64,000 bases of DNA from positions 3,293,078-3,357,077 of the forward strand of contig NW_019091357.1 of the NCBI RefSeq assembly GCF_001949145.1. The letters run 5' to 3'. This DNA comes from Acanthaster planci (Eukaryota). A program made the position numbers and the translations under genes. A model generated the notes under the pieces. The model ran no database searches. It was given only the letters and a program-made list of their open reading frames with translations, and had not been told where the DNA came from. Each line of letters starts with the position of its first letter. The first letter of the stretch is position 1. Below are positions 38,401-49,442 of the stretch, piece by piece.

Positions 38401-41400
38401 CTTCAAATCAAATCTACTTTCACTTACTAAGTGAGGTCAACAATAAATGTCTCAGCTCCTCTAACGATTCAGGACGGATGAACAGTTGACCTACGACAAC
38501 CACATCAAATCCACCTTGGAGTGAAGAGAATTAACACTGGATACCCTTGCACCTTTNNNNNNNNNNNNNNNNNNNNNNNNNNNNNNNNNNNNNNNNNNNN
38601 NNNNNNNNNNNNNNNNNNNNNNNNNNNNNNNNNNNNNNNNNNNNNNNNNNNNNNNNNNNNNNNNNNNNNNNNNNNNNNNNNNNNNNNNNNNNNNNNNNNN
38701 NNNNNNNNNNNNNNNNNNNNNNNNNNNNNNNNNNNNNNNNNNNNNNNNNNNNNNNNNNNNNNNNNNNNNNNNNNNNNNNNNNNNNNNNNNNNNNNNNNNN
38801 NNNNNNNNNNNNNNNNNNNNNNNNNNNNNNNNNNNNNNNNNNNNNNNNNNNNNNNNNNNNNNNNNNNNNNNNNNNNNNNNNNNNNNNNNNNNNNNNNNNN
38901 NNNNNNNNNNNNNNNNNNNNNNNNNNNNNNNNNNNNNNNNNNNNNNNNNNNNNNNNNNNNNNNNNNNNNNNNNNNNNNNNNNNNNNNNNNNNNNNNNAAA
39001 GGTCCCTGCAGATTACAGTACGCCACGGTGCATTGCAGCCTCAACAATGTTGCACAGAGCCAGTAAACCCAGCCCATCCACTTTCTGACCAGGTGCAGCA
39101 AAGTCATCAGTCACTATTCAGTCATAAATAAAGCTTGCATTTTCAAATCTACTAGTCAGCAGAATTGGCATTAACCTCGATCCTCCCTTTATATTTTTTT
39201 GGTGGACCCTTCCTTGAACTCCTCCCCCCGACAGGAAATCCTGCTGTGTATAGGAAAGCAATGACACACTTTCTGTTCATCAACTTTAAAAGGGGCATCA
39301 AGCTACTGGAATCCACCTTAGTCGGTCCCGCAAATTTCTCTGAAAACTTTTTGTGGATTTTGAGGGATCTCGGAAAGTTTGGGTGATATTAAAAGAGAGA
39401 AAAACCCCAGAGTTGTGCGTACAACATATTTCAGGATGCCCTTCCGCCCCGGGTCCTGTCTCAACTCCAGCTCCACGATGTTCCGCTTCCGGTTGAAGTT
39501 GAAGCTGCCAGTGAACTGCACGATCCCGCCCTGGTACACCCACTGATCCAGGAACAGCGAAAGGTCCTTGCCAGACACAGTGGACAGCGACTTCAAGAAC
39601 TGATAGGGGAATGAAAGGCACGCAAGGTTTATTCTTAATGTTTCCTTACTGTGAAATCTTAATTAATGGTTTGCTTCAGGGGGAGTGTCAACGTGCCTGA
39701 GAGAATCAATCTTCCACTGGGATAAAGTGCATAATGATACTCTTCCAGGGCTGGACTTTATAGACAACTGCAGACACAAGTTGTCGAGTCATGGGACTAG
39801 ACTAGCTTTGATTATGAGCTGACAACAAACCACAACTTCGTATCCACAGTCTGCTATCATTGTTTCAATCTCGTTGGGATCAACTGCCCTGAGTAAAAGA
39901 TCGAGCTGCCCACAAAAATGTTGAGGCAGTGCAGCAATAGAGGGTGCTGTTGCAGCTCTCGCAGAGAAGATTAACAACCACGATTAAAATCAACACATGT
40001 GCTGACCAGAGACAAAAGACTTTTTGGGGGGGCTTATCTCTAACTGTGCCTTCAAAGATACATTCCCCAGACTAGTTACACTGTTGTTAGATCACATGAT
40101 TTGAGGCAAGCCTTTGGCCAGCCACATCCAGCTCTAAAATGCTCTGCTGTCCGCAATCATAAACTACGTAGCGGCATTGAGCATCTCTTTAATCGAGAGA
40201 AGTCAAAGGTAAATTACACTGAGAGTATGAAGCTAGTTGCTCACCCCACTGGTTGACAGTAGCATGTTCCCCCAGGAGTTGCTGATAAACTTCAGCAAGG
40301 CAGCTGACGCAGCCAGTGACAGAAGCTTGTTGAACACCTGGAAATTCAAGGACAGACTTGAATGGGAATTTGTGAGGATCTCAGTTTGCAGCAACAAAGG
40401 AAGACCTCAAGCAGTCAAGGATCAAAGGTTGGGTTCGTTAAAGTCTTTCTAGCTTACAGGAATTTTTGTACTAACGTTTCTGTGGCCAAGGAAATGCTGT
40501 CTGTGAGTCTCTACTGTGGTTTATTGTGAATATTTAATAATTTAGCAGTAACTCTGAGCAAGCAGCAAGACAAAAATTGAACCACTTCAGCATTTCAAAG
40601 AAAGCAGGGTGACTGGAGAACAAAGCACATGAGCATGAGCACGTTCACTGTGTGCGAGTCGGCATGCAGCCGTGCAGATACGGCCGACCTCACACACGCA
40701 TACTGCTGTTCCTGAATGACCTCTGACGTTCGTCACATTTGGGCATGCGCTTTTGGAAAACTGAACTGGTTCATTGTACCACCACTGCATAATAAAGTAC
40801 TTGGGTACCAAAAGTTTGCATTTAGCTCAAAATTTGGCCATCGTTTAATGTACATCGCCTTCAAAGCCTGCGAGGCAGGGTCTCTCACCTGTAGCAGCAG
40901 ATCTTGTCCGATCCTGAGCTCAATCAGCCTCATGACCAGGTGAGCCTTGACCCTCATCATGTCCAGATACCTCCAGGACACTGTGTGAGGGCTACGGATC
41001 GGGAAGTACGCCCCGCTCTCCCCCGACTTGGGGGCGGGCTGGGCCGAGGTTTTCTCGGGGTCATCCGAGTCTGCGTTTGGGACGGTCACGGGATCAGGGT
41101 GGAGGATCACCCCGCCAATCTCCTGCTCGTACTCACAGAGTGATGTCATCTCCTACAAAACAGATTCAACAAATCTTTGTTTCTCTCTTTGCCAAGGTTA
41201 CTGCTGGATTAAAAGTAAACGCTTCAAAACAAAATCTCTGTGTCACCAAACAAGGCAAACTGATTATACAGACTTGAACATCACCGCGAACAAACCATTA
41301 TAAGATTTCATGAAGCTTGCAAGTGAAAAACTATGCCTTGCAAGTCAGCACAAAAGCTGCAAACCAGCCGAAGCAGTATACGTCACGTTGGCTGGAGACC

Positions 41401-44400
41401 AGATTTTGCTAAGCGAACATATTCTGTGCTAAGTACGTACCAATATTCAGCTGCTCTATAAGATTAGCCCTTGTACTACCAAAGATACCGGGAGGTTAGA
41501 TCCAAAGAGGTGGGGCACTGACTAGGACATCCTGACCACTTGCCAGAGTAAGTTCTTACCTCAAGAACTAGATGGTCCAGACTGAAACTTTGATAATGGT
41601 AACAATACTGACTTACAGCATACACTTATCTGGAACCCCGATCAAGGCACCGGACATCATTATTACCCCTGCTCAGTGGGCCCATAAACAATTCTCAAAC
41701 CATCTCAGTTCCCTGGGGATTAAACAGCTCCATGCAGCAATTTCAGGTACAAATGGCTCATCAAACATAACCATCTTATCTCTCCCCTCACAGGTACCCA
41801 TTCACACTCCTGGGTGGACAGAGGTCACTGGGAGTAAAGTGACCTTACCAAGGTTACAACATGTCACCAGCAGCTGGATTCGAACCCCTGACCCTATGTT
41901 TGCGAGTTGCAAACCCTAAAGCACAAGGCAACACGTCTCAGTGCCACACGCCTTCAAAAACGGGCTCAGCAGCAGAGTTGTATAAAAACAGGGTAGTGTC
42001 ATCTTGAGACGTTGGAACCAAAATGGCTGTTCATTATGTGTGCTGTACAGCATGCAGCTAGTGTGTGCTCACTGTCCATGGGCACTGACGCATAATCCAC
42101 CATTTTGGTTCCAACAATTGAGACTCCCATGTCGCAACTCTCTCTATACACTGCTCTGCACTGCCGCTCACCTTGTGTATGTGGTAGCGGTACTCGTTCA
42201 CCCCAAACATCCTCTTGAGGAGCAGGCCCGTCAGGTACTTGGAGATGCCCTTGGGCAGCCAGAGGTCTGACCAACTCTGGGAGCCCACGAAGCAGCCAAA
42301 GAACTGCTCGGAGAGCGACTGTGCCATGAGGCGGCGCGTCGTGAAGGTCTGGTCGATGATGCGCTGGGAGTGCAGCAGGTTGGTGCTGTGGGCATTGGAA
42401 AACGAATGATTAGTTGTAATATACAACAGTGGAAGCCAGAAAGCATCTTGTGGTTCAGAATAATTCTTTTTATTCTGAATGTCACCTTTGGCTATGAACG
42501 CAGCAGATTGGTACGTTTGCAGGACAAATTAGGTTGCTTTTTTTAACGAGAATTGGCAGTTGAACTGAAGAGCTCTGTCTCTGAGCTCCAAATATTCCTC
42601 TTCCGCTCTGAATGATTCCCTTCAAAAAGGGTGAATTTTAGATGAGCAAAGTTGGCATTCGCTAAGTGTTACTGGTTGCAAAAGGGCTACTTTTAGTTAC
42701 ATAGCAAAGACAATGATTCACTAATATATCTGGGAGACTACAGTCTCGTGATTTCAGTTTGTAGAGCCCTGAGACAGTTCTCATGTACAATAGAGTTAAA
42801 CCAACTTCCAGTCTTGCTAAGTGTACATCTTGGTTAGAGTACCGTTATGACATTAAAAAAGTATTTGGGAATTCAGATTTAACAACAAAAATAGTCAGTT
42901 CTTATATAGTGCATATTACGGAATATCTCTATGCGCATATTATCATTATCCTGCACATTGGGCTCACATCATCTGAACATTCCCGATACCATATCTCAGC
43001 TCCATGGGGAGTATACCAGCCCAATGCTGCCATTTTAGTGTAAATGGCAGAGCATAACCATGTCTGGGCTCACAGGTACCCATTTGCTCCTCAGTGGAGA
43101 GAGGCAAATAGTAATAAAGTCACTTGCTCAAGATCACAACAAGCTGTCACTAGCTGGATTCGAACCCCTGACCCTATGATCAGAAGCTACAAACCCTAAC
43201 CACTAGGCCACATGTTTACTTTCAAGCAACAAGCAAAAGACGTTTGGACAAGAACATGATAAAGTTTGGATTGCAAGGGGCTGTCAGATCTTTTCAACCA
43301 TAGAATGTTAAACTACGTGTACATGTATGGGTGGGCACTCCATTTTGTGAGCAATGTGGTCAGGAGAAGAACTGCTGGATTTACCTGAGGATGGACAGCG
43401 TTGCAAAGGATGAGTAGTCCTTGTATGCCTCATCAACAAACACCTGCTTGTAGTTGCTGTAGGGAAATCTGGTACCTAGACACTCCTCAAAGAAATCAAA
43501 TGCCTGCCAGAAAAAGAACAGGGAGCCATTTTCGTCTCGGGTATAGGAAGAGAGTAACTTATTTGAGAAGTTAAAAACTAACACAATTTTTCCCTTGCCT
43601 CTGACAAAAGGCGTGAATTTTATCACATTATTGGAAATTAGAGGTTTAAAAACAACAAAACCATCACTGCCAATGATCAACTCCTCTTAGGTAAAAAAAA
43701 TGGTATTTCTTAACAAGAAATAGCTTGGAGACGTCCAAAGTCTTGCAAATTATCGATCACCAATTATGAGCAAATTTATAGAAGTTAGTTTTGTTCAGTG
43801 TATTTTTACAGAAAATTCTGTCAACCTACCTCATGCAAGAATGCTGTGGAGTGTTCCAGAAGTGGCTTGAGTTGAGGCAAACAGAAGTGGGTGACCTCTG
43901 GCATGACGGGGTCAACCAGAATCTCAAAGGGCCTTGAGTATGAGACAGGAAGGGAGAAACATCAATAGCAAAGCCTCGGCTCAAGTCATCTTTCAAAACA
44001 GACGGAAAGGAACAGAGAATTGGCTAACTAATCCTGGTGATGAAACTTTGTGGCTGCCAGACTGTTACGTTTGACTGCTTATATTTTGAGAATGTGCTCC
44101 TAATTCATAGAGATAGCTTCTACCATAATGGATTTGAAGAACATAAGGCATGGTATTGAGGAAAACTAGGATAGAAAGATTTATTAAATATCAGGTTTGT
44201 TCCACCTATTTGGAACAACATATTTAAATTGATTTCAAACACTCTGCAAGAGCATAATACACAGTTATTCACCCTACTGCAGTTAGGGAGCTGAAGTGTG
44301 TAGATTAAGCAGAAAGAGGCATAAATTGGTTTTTGTCAATTAAAACTTTTCCTAAGAACATCCCAAACATCCAGTAAAGACCCACCTGTAAGTAAATCGA

Positions 44401-47400
44401 TTCCATAGGTTTGCGTACATAGGCACTTACCCGACAGCTAGTGCAATATTCGGCGCTGACGTAGGCTGATTCAGTACGTAGTGGAAAGTCTTCTTCCGCA
44501 TGTCTGGCGTGTAGACCGTCTCCATGAGGTCGCCTGACGCCACGGCCGTCATGGACTTGTCCACTGTGAACTCCAACTTCCAGGTGCAGGGCTCCGAGTA
44601 TGTGTCTACGCAGGGGAACCAGGCGCGGGATGAGTTCTCGTGGCTGTGGGTGAACATATGGGCAGCTCTCTGAAAGGAAGGGTTACCGGCTAATATTTAG
44701 AGACAGACCTACAGTCATTTTTTTTTAATCTTTTCAATTTCTTCAACCGTTTTGAATTGTTCTAGGGAAGCCACATTGACCAAGTGGTACATGTAAATAT
44801 TTTCATCTTTGATCTCTTGCCAAACTTGTTTGAGTGTGACGACAATTTGTCAACTGCTCGCCTATTTTGCCTGGTATCCAGGATGTAGTTTGTGTACATG
44901 TACAGGTTACCAAGAAAACTCAGCAAGTGATCTGGGCTATGTTGGGATCTGATGTATCTGGGATATATTGACCAAGGTCAACATATGAAAAGTTTATAGG
45001 TCCCTGTCTGATTTTGATGGGTTTTCATGGAAACCAGACTGGCTTTTCCGCCCAACTCTGTAACTGCAGAATTTCTTCATCCTCCCCCCTTTCATCATCA
45101 AGGTTCCAAGTAACAATGCTCAGGCACTTTTGAAGATCTTTTGGTTTCACGAAAAGAAAGAATTGAAAGAAAAGAAAGGTGCAGTGATATCCATGACCCT
45201 CTCAGATCCTCCAAAATCCTTCAGGAGCTTAGGAGGATTTTGAAGGATTTGAAAAGGTACAGCCAAGTCACTGTAACATGGGCTGGATTCTCCTCCAAAA
45301 CTGAATTACAAAGAAGGCATCGTTGATTCCTTGCACTGTGGAGTTTCAGGAAGCATGCCGGTAAGACTGTCGGTGAAGTCGGGGTTAATTTGTTGAATTA
45401 TAGGTTAGCAGGTTGATTATAGGTCTCACCTCAGCCATGGAGCCTTCCATGTCCGGAACAACAAAGTGCAGCCCGCCTTGGGGTCTCTCCAGGGAGAACT
45501 CGATGCTCACCCTCAGCATCTTCTCATCTATAGGAAATAGAGGGTTCTTGCACCGTTAGGATCAGACCAATTATGAAAAAACCAAGACCTGGTTCACCAA
45601 GAGCTAACTCGTTCTTTGGAAAGTGGTTAGCTTGACAAATTCTGAAAAGAAACACTGAAACAAATGAAATCTGTGGCATTTTGTAAGATATTTAAAAAGT
45701 CAGATTTCCATAGCTAAACAATGAAGATACACTTTAACATTTAAAACATATTGGTCCTTACACAATTTTTACAAATTTCCAGCAACCACCAAACCTGGAT
45801 GCTGACAATAGCATTCAACATCTAAAAATAAAACATAAACCTTGAAATTAAATATGAAATCAAACAAAGAAATGAATCATAGAATTAACTGACTATTAAC
45901 AAGATGCATTGCGTCCTGGGGTATCTTGATGAGAAGCTCTCCGTTGGCCTGGTCCGGGTCAACAGAGTTCATGGCAGTGTTGTGGCATCCAGAGAAAAAA
46001 TCTAGGTTACGCCTGTAGAAAAAAAAAGATGGCAAAACAAAAATGCATTTCACCAGGATTCCGAGAGGCTCTGATAAGTTGGCAAGGAAACTGATCAAGA
46101 CATAAAAATATGCATTCTACATTAAGAAAAAAAAGTTGGAAATGTACTGAAGACTTACTGCTTCGTTTCATTCTGACAGATGGACAGAGAGGGATCACTG
46201 TACATGAAGGATGCCTCCCACACCTCATTGATGCAGATTCGGTAGATCCGTAGCGAGTTCCGGTTAAGGTGAACGCCAGGTGATCTTCAAACACTGAGTG
46301 AACCTTTGAACTCTGTACTGAACTATGAACTTCGTACAGGTTTGCAAAGTTCTCCAGATGCAAGGCACTTTTAAAACGTTTTCATTGCAGAAAATTTAAA
46401 AAAAGGATATTGCACTGCTTGCTGTTGAGAAAGATGCGGTTGACCCCTGACCTGAGGGGGAGAAGATGTAACTCCACATAGCCCTGCAAGGGGTCAAAGA
46501 TGAAATCGTCAAAATGACAAGAAGCTGATGTTCAAATGATGCACAAGAAACACTCTACAGTCAGGATAATTGAATCTAAGAACAGGTAAGCACTTAAATT
46601 ATCTGGATATGAATTTCAAATAAGCTTCGAGTGAACAGAATAACTCTAAAGAGAGGAGAAGGCCGTGCGAAATTGCACAAAAATCTAAACAATGTATATA
46701 CGCCAAACGAAGGTTTATGACGACGTGGGGCTGTTACTCGATCAAGGGGTATAACCAGATCGGAGTATAATGGTATTATATGTCGATCAATGGATTTCCC
46801 CGACTGCTCTACTCGGGTTGTGAAAGGGGAAACACTGAACAACTGAGTAAAAATCAAAATATAAAATTGAGTTGTGCCATTTAAACTAGATGGACGCTTA
46901 TAACTCGGTTTTGCAAACAAAATGAACTTAGTATGTACATGACTTGCAACAATTGCGAAGGTGTCGTTGCCCACACCGACTGTTAATGTCAACTTACAAT
47001 AATCGATTTCCTCTGAAAGTTGACTCCAGTTATACACAGAATCTGGTGGTTCGTAAACCGAAAACAGAAATGCATCATTAGTTACGAATTCAACTTCAAG
47101 GAAATGTCGTTGCTTTGGTAACACAATCTGCCGCCAATTTTAAATCCATGTGGAAAAAAATCAGTGTGAAATCTCAAAGAAGGGGCCTACATCAGTACAT
47201 GAAATAGGTAGGTAGGCCTAGATTTCAAAAGACTCTCAAGCTAGGCCTAGGCCCCTAGGGCTGCACTAGCAAGTCTGTAGCACTAGCAGCCAAGGGCCTG
47301 TTTGTTTCGTACAGACCCCAATCGCGATCAGTGATTTGACATTGGTTCACTGACACCAAAACCAGCCTATGGATACAACAGACCAGCGTTGGGATCTCTA

Positions 47401-47715
47401 AAGGTCCGAAACGGGCTTCCAGAGCTACGGCTAGGTCTATTATCTGCACGTCTCCACGCATTTCCAATGGAGCGAAGACCTAGACCTAGCTCTAGACAAG
47501 AGATTCGGATGCAGCCTCTGATCGAGTTCCAGAACCATGTCATCATCTGATCATCATGCATTTTGTGGAAAAAAAAACAAACGTCCAGGCCCACGGCACA
47601 ATGAGGCTAAGCGCAGTTAGGCTATGAATGATGCAACATATTGAGAAAATACTCATAATCTAAAAGGACGTGGTGTTTCAAACGCCTTCTCTCCTTTCTT
47701 AAAAATCTTGGACAT
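26377..47715 (-). CDS. TAF2: Transcription initiation factor TFIID subunit 2 (27 coding exons, about 1219 aa)
   Basis: Exons: 47657-47715, 46998-47052, 46411-46483, 46159-46249, 45894-46012, 45430-45527, 44431-44669, 43830-43932, 43385-43503, 42172-42385, 40889-41152, 40245-40337, 39423-39599, 38253-38362, 37991-38056, 37510-37642, 36825-36944, 36310-36450, 34355-34465, 33328-33438, 32762-32978, 31199-31373, 30089-30188, 28776-28874, 27825-28013, 27040-27220 (alternative in-frame acceptor 27199), 26377-26579. They sum to 3660 nt in one open frame. TAF2 motifs include [82 protein letters not shown] and a C-terminal [10 protein letters not shown]. Confidence 0.96.
31850..32290 (+). mobile_element. 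Penelope-like retroelement 3' fragment (end of GIY-YIG domain plus terminal repeat)
   Basis: Translates as [39 protein letters not shown], matching the RRIKEAI..INRD.G pattern of PLE endonucleases. A hammerhead-like relic follows at 32212-32250. Confidence 0.75.
33690..34000 (+). mobile_element. L2-group LINE 3' end
   Basis: [37 protein letters not shown] is typical of an L2 ORF2 C-terminus. A ttataaatatcc(att)n tail follows. Confidence 0.8.
35282..36287 (-). mobile_element. Internally deleted DNA transposon (hAT-like) with an N-terminal zinc-finger remnant
   Basis: TIRs cggggatgtaag / cttacatcctg, flanked by AATCTG / AATCTA. ORF 35467-35769 reads [33 protein letters not shown]....H, a BED-like C2H2. 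Confidence 0.65.
38557..38997. other. Assembly gap (441 N) in TAF2 intron 13
   Basis: Run of N. Confidence 1.
39640..40230 (+). repeat. Dispersed repeat homologous to 11310-12130, lacking MITE A but carrying its own insert of about 290 bp
   Basis: tttccttactgtgaaatctt...ataatgatac matches 11313-11412, and cttatctcta...cattccccagactagttacactg...gaagtcaaag matches 11423-11574 plus 12057-12110. Confidence 0.8.
41620..41940 (-). mobile_element. tRNA-derived SINE (Deu/Nin-like core), copy 1
   Basis: Minus-strand B box GGTTCGAATCC at about 41876-41886 and a caggtacccatt...agagg...taaagt core. Homologous to 42880-43215. Confidence 0.75.
42880..43215 (-). mobile_element. tRNA-derived SINE, copy 2
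   Basis: Shares gctggattcgaacccctgaccctatg and cacaggtacccatt with 41620-41940. Confidence 0.75.
46250..46410 (-). other. U12-type (minor spliceosome) AT-AC intron, TAF2 intron 3
   Basis: The 5' splice site is ATATCCTTT. The branch site CCTTAAC (46263-46269) lies about 13 nt from the terminal AC. Splicing restores NSKQC-R-IYRI. Confidence 0.95.
47053..47656 (-). other. AT-AC intron with U2-type signals, TAF2 intron 1
   Basis: The 5' splice site is ATGAGT and the 3' end is ...actaatgatgcatttctgttttcggtttAC. Splicing restores PRPFR-L-NHQILCI. Confidence 0.85.
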
Positions 47716-48040
47716 CTTTTTGTGCTTGAAATGATGTCACATTTCAAACATTAACGAACTAATCGTAGACTGTTGGTAACAAATAATATCGTCTGCTTCG
47801 ACTTGGAGTCTTTTCCCCGCGAACTGTGACCTCGTATAAAACTCTGAAGTAATTGATATTCAGTGCTACAACATTTTCTAAATGTAAAACTAAAAATAAT
47901 ACAAATATAAAAAAAAATTACTTAAATAATTTAGTTTAAGGATAAGTTTGTAAAATGTGGAAAATATTCAGAGAAAAATGTAAGAATTTTAAAGAGTTGT
48001 TTAGTAAAGCCTCGTTTTCGCGATTTTCGTAAAGTGCGCC
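47716..48040. promoter_or_regulatory. Shared (bidirectional) promoter region between TAF2 and RPS21
   Basis: Only about 325 bp separate the TAF2 ATG (47715) and the predicted RPS21 TOP start (48041). Confidence 0.6.
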
Positions 48041-48078
48041 CTCTTTACATGTGGCTTCTGTGCTAGCGCGAACCTTTG
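48041..48078 (+). promoter_or_regulatory. Predicted non-coding exon 1 of RPS21 with a TCT/5'TOP start
   Basis: ccCTCTTT pyrimidine initiator followed 38 nt later by the donor G|GTAAAT. The next acceptor, ttgcag at 49427, lies 15 nt before the ATG. Confidence 0.6.
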
Positions 48079-48331
48079 GTAAATTCTGGCTGAATTTCTC
48101 CTTAAATACGACTAAAATTCTGCAAATTTCCTCGAAAAAGTATATTTTGGATTGATGTTAGTAATGTTAAGAAGTTATTCGTTTGAACTAATTTGAGGTT
48201 GTGTGTTTTAATGCGGTAAAAAATCACATACAAACTTGACAAATGAGCCCGTGTCTACTGCCGGCAGTGGCTGGGCGACGGCTTTTTTGCGATGAATGAT
48301 TCCCAAATTTGGGTCATACAACATGTATTTA

Positions 48332-48624
48332 GGCCTAGCATCAACAAGTTATTCAAGCATAGGCCCTTGGTCTATGTATGCCAAAAAATGTATATTGATA
48401 ATATAATTTAGGCTTCTACATGTCATATTCAATAGGCCACATTTATCACATTCATCACATTTATGTAAAATGATATTGGGCCTAGTGTCAACAAGTTATT
48501 CACGCATAGGCCCTTGGTCTATGTATGCCAGAAAATGTATATTGATAATATAATTTAGGCTTCTACATGTCATATTCAATAGGCCACATTTATCACATTC
48601 ATCACATTTATGTAAAATGATATT
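48332..48624. repeat. Tandem duplication, 2 x about 147 bp
   Basis: 48332-48477 and 48479-48624 are near-identical. Confidence 0.9.
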
Positions 48625-49442
48625 TGAGTGTGGAAATTTGAGCAGAGTCTGTTCTGCTCATGCAGCCCAACTGGCCGCCATCTCATTTTTGTGTGGAAAG
48701 CAGGAAAAAGAAAGATGGTGGCCACCCATAGCCCTACATCGCAAAAGATTTTCGTCTTTCTGTATGAATATGGAAGAAAATTCCCTGCTTTTGTGACAGT
48801 GGAACATTATTGATAAAAACCACTTTGAAATCTTTACTTCACCTTTTAGGGCCTAGGGGATATTTTCAAGTTGACACTTAGTTGACGCTACTTCTGATGC
48901 TTGTTGACACTAAATAGCACAAGTGGTTTACAGCACTGCAAGTGTCAAGTCTGTGTGATTGCATGCACGTTGTAGAGAGCATTAAACTGTCATGTTTTAG
49001 AAAGAGACCCACAGACGGACAGCACTTAATGCCCCTGTGCACAAACCTATGAGACTTGCTTGAAAAAAGTGTTTTCTAAGAAACTGCTTCAGAGTTAAAT
49101 CTTACATGTACATGTATCTAAATTTCACAATTTATCCCTTTCTGACAGCTGTTATAACATTTTAAGGGAAATCAGTGACCATATATGGAACTCATTCCCA
49201 CGTTTTGACCAAAATATGCTACACGGTCAATGGGCAATGTTGTAATACCATCTTTACTTCAACTTGTTTTGTGCTGTGAACCATTTTTACCCTTTCAGCT
49301 CTTTTTTTCTACAGAAGTTAAGTAAATTTCCGAAGCAAAAATGATGTACATGCAGCCTGTAGGCCTAGCCCTAGGCTACATGTACCTCCCACCCAACTTA
49401 ATTTCTTTTCTTTTTGTCAAATTGCAGAGAAAAACCGCCAAA

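Noticed and set aside
38505..39131. Three long ORFs in the ORF track
   Set aside because: Artefacts of translating through the N gap.
41876..41935. tRNA genes suggested by GGTTCGAATCC boxes (also at about 43156)
   Set aside because: No complete cloverleaf, and each is fused to a shared SINE body.
46594..47124. 176-aa minus-strand ORF
   Set aside because: It overlaps TAF2 exon 2 in another frame plus intron sequence, starts at a non-ATG codon and has no recognisable motif.
47369..47376. GTATCCAT inside TAF2 intron 1 as an alternative U12 donor
   Set aside because: It deviates from GTATCCTT, has no upstream exon, and no U12 branch site precedes exon 2.
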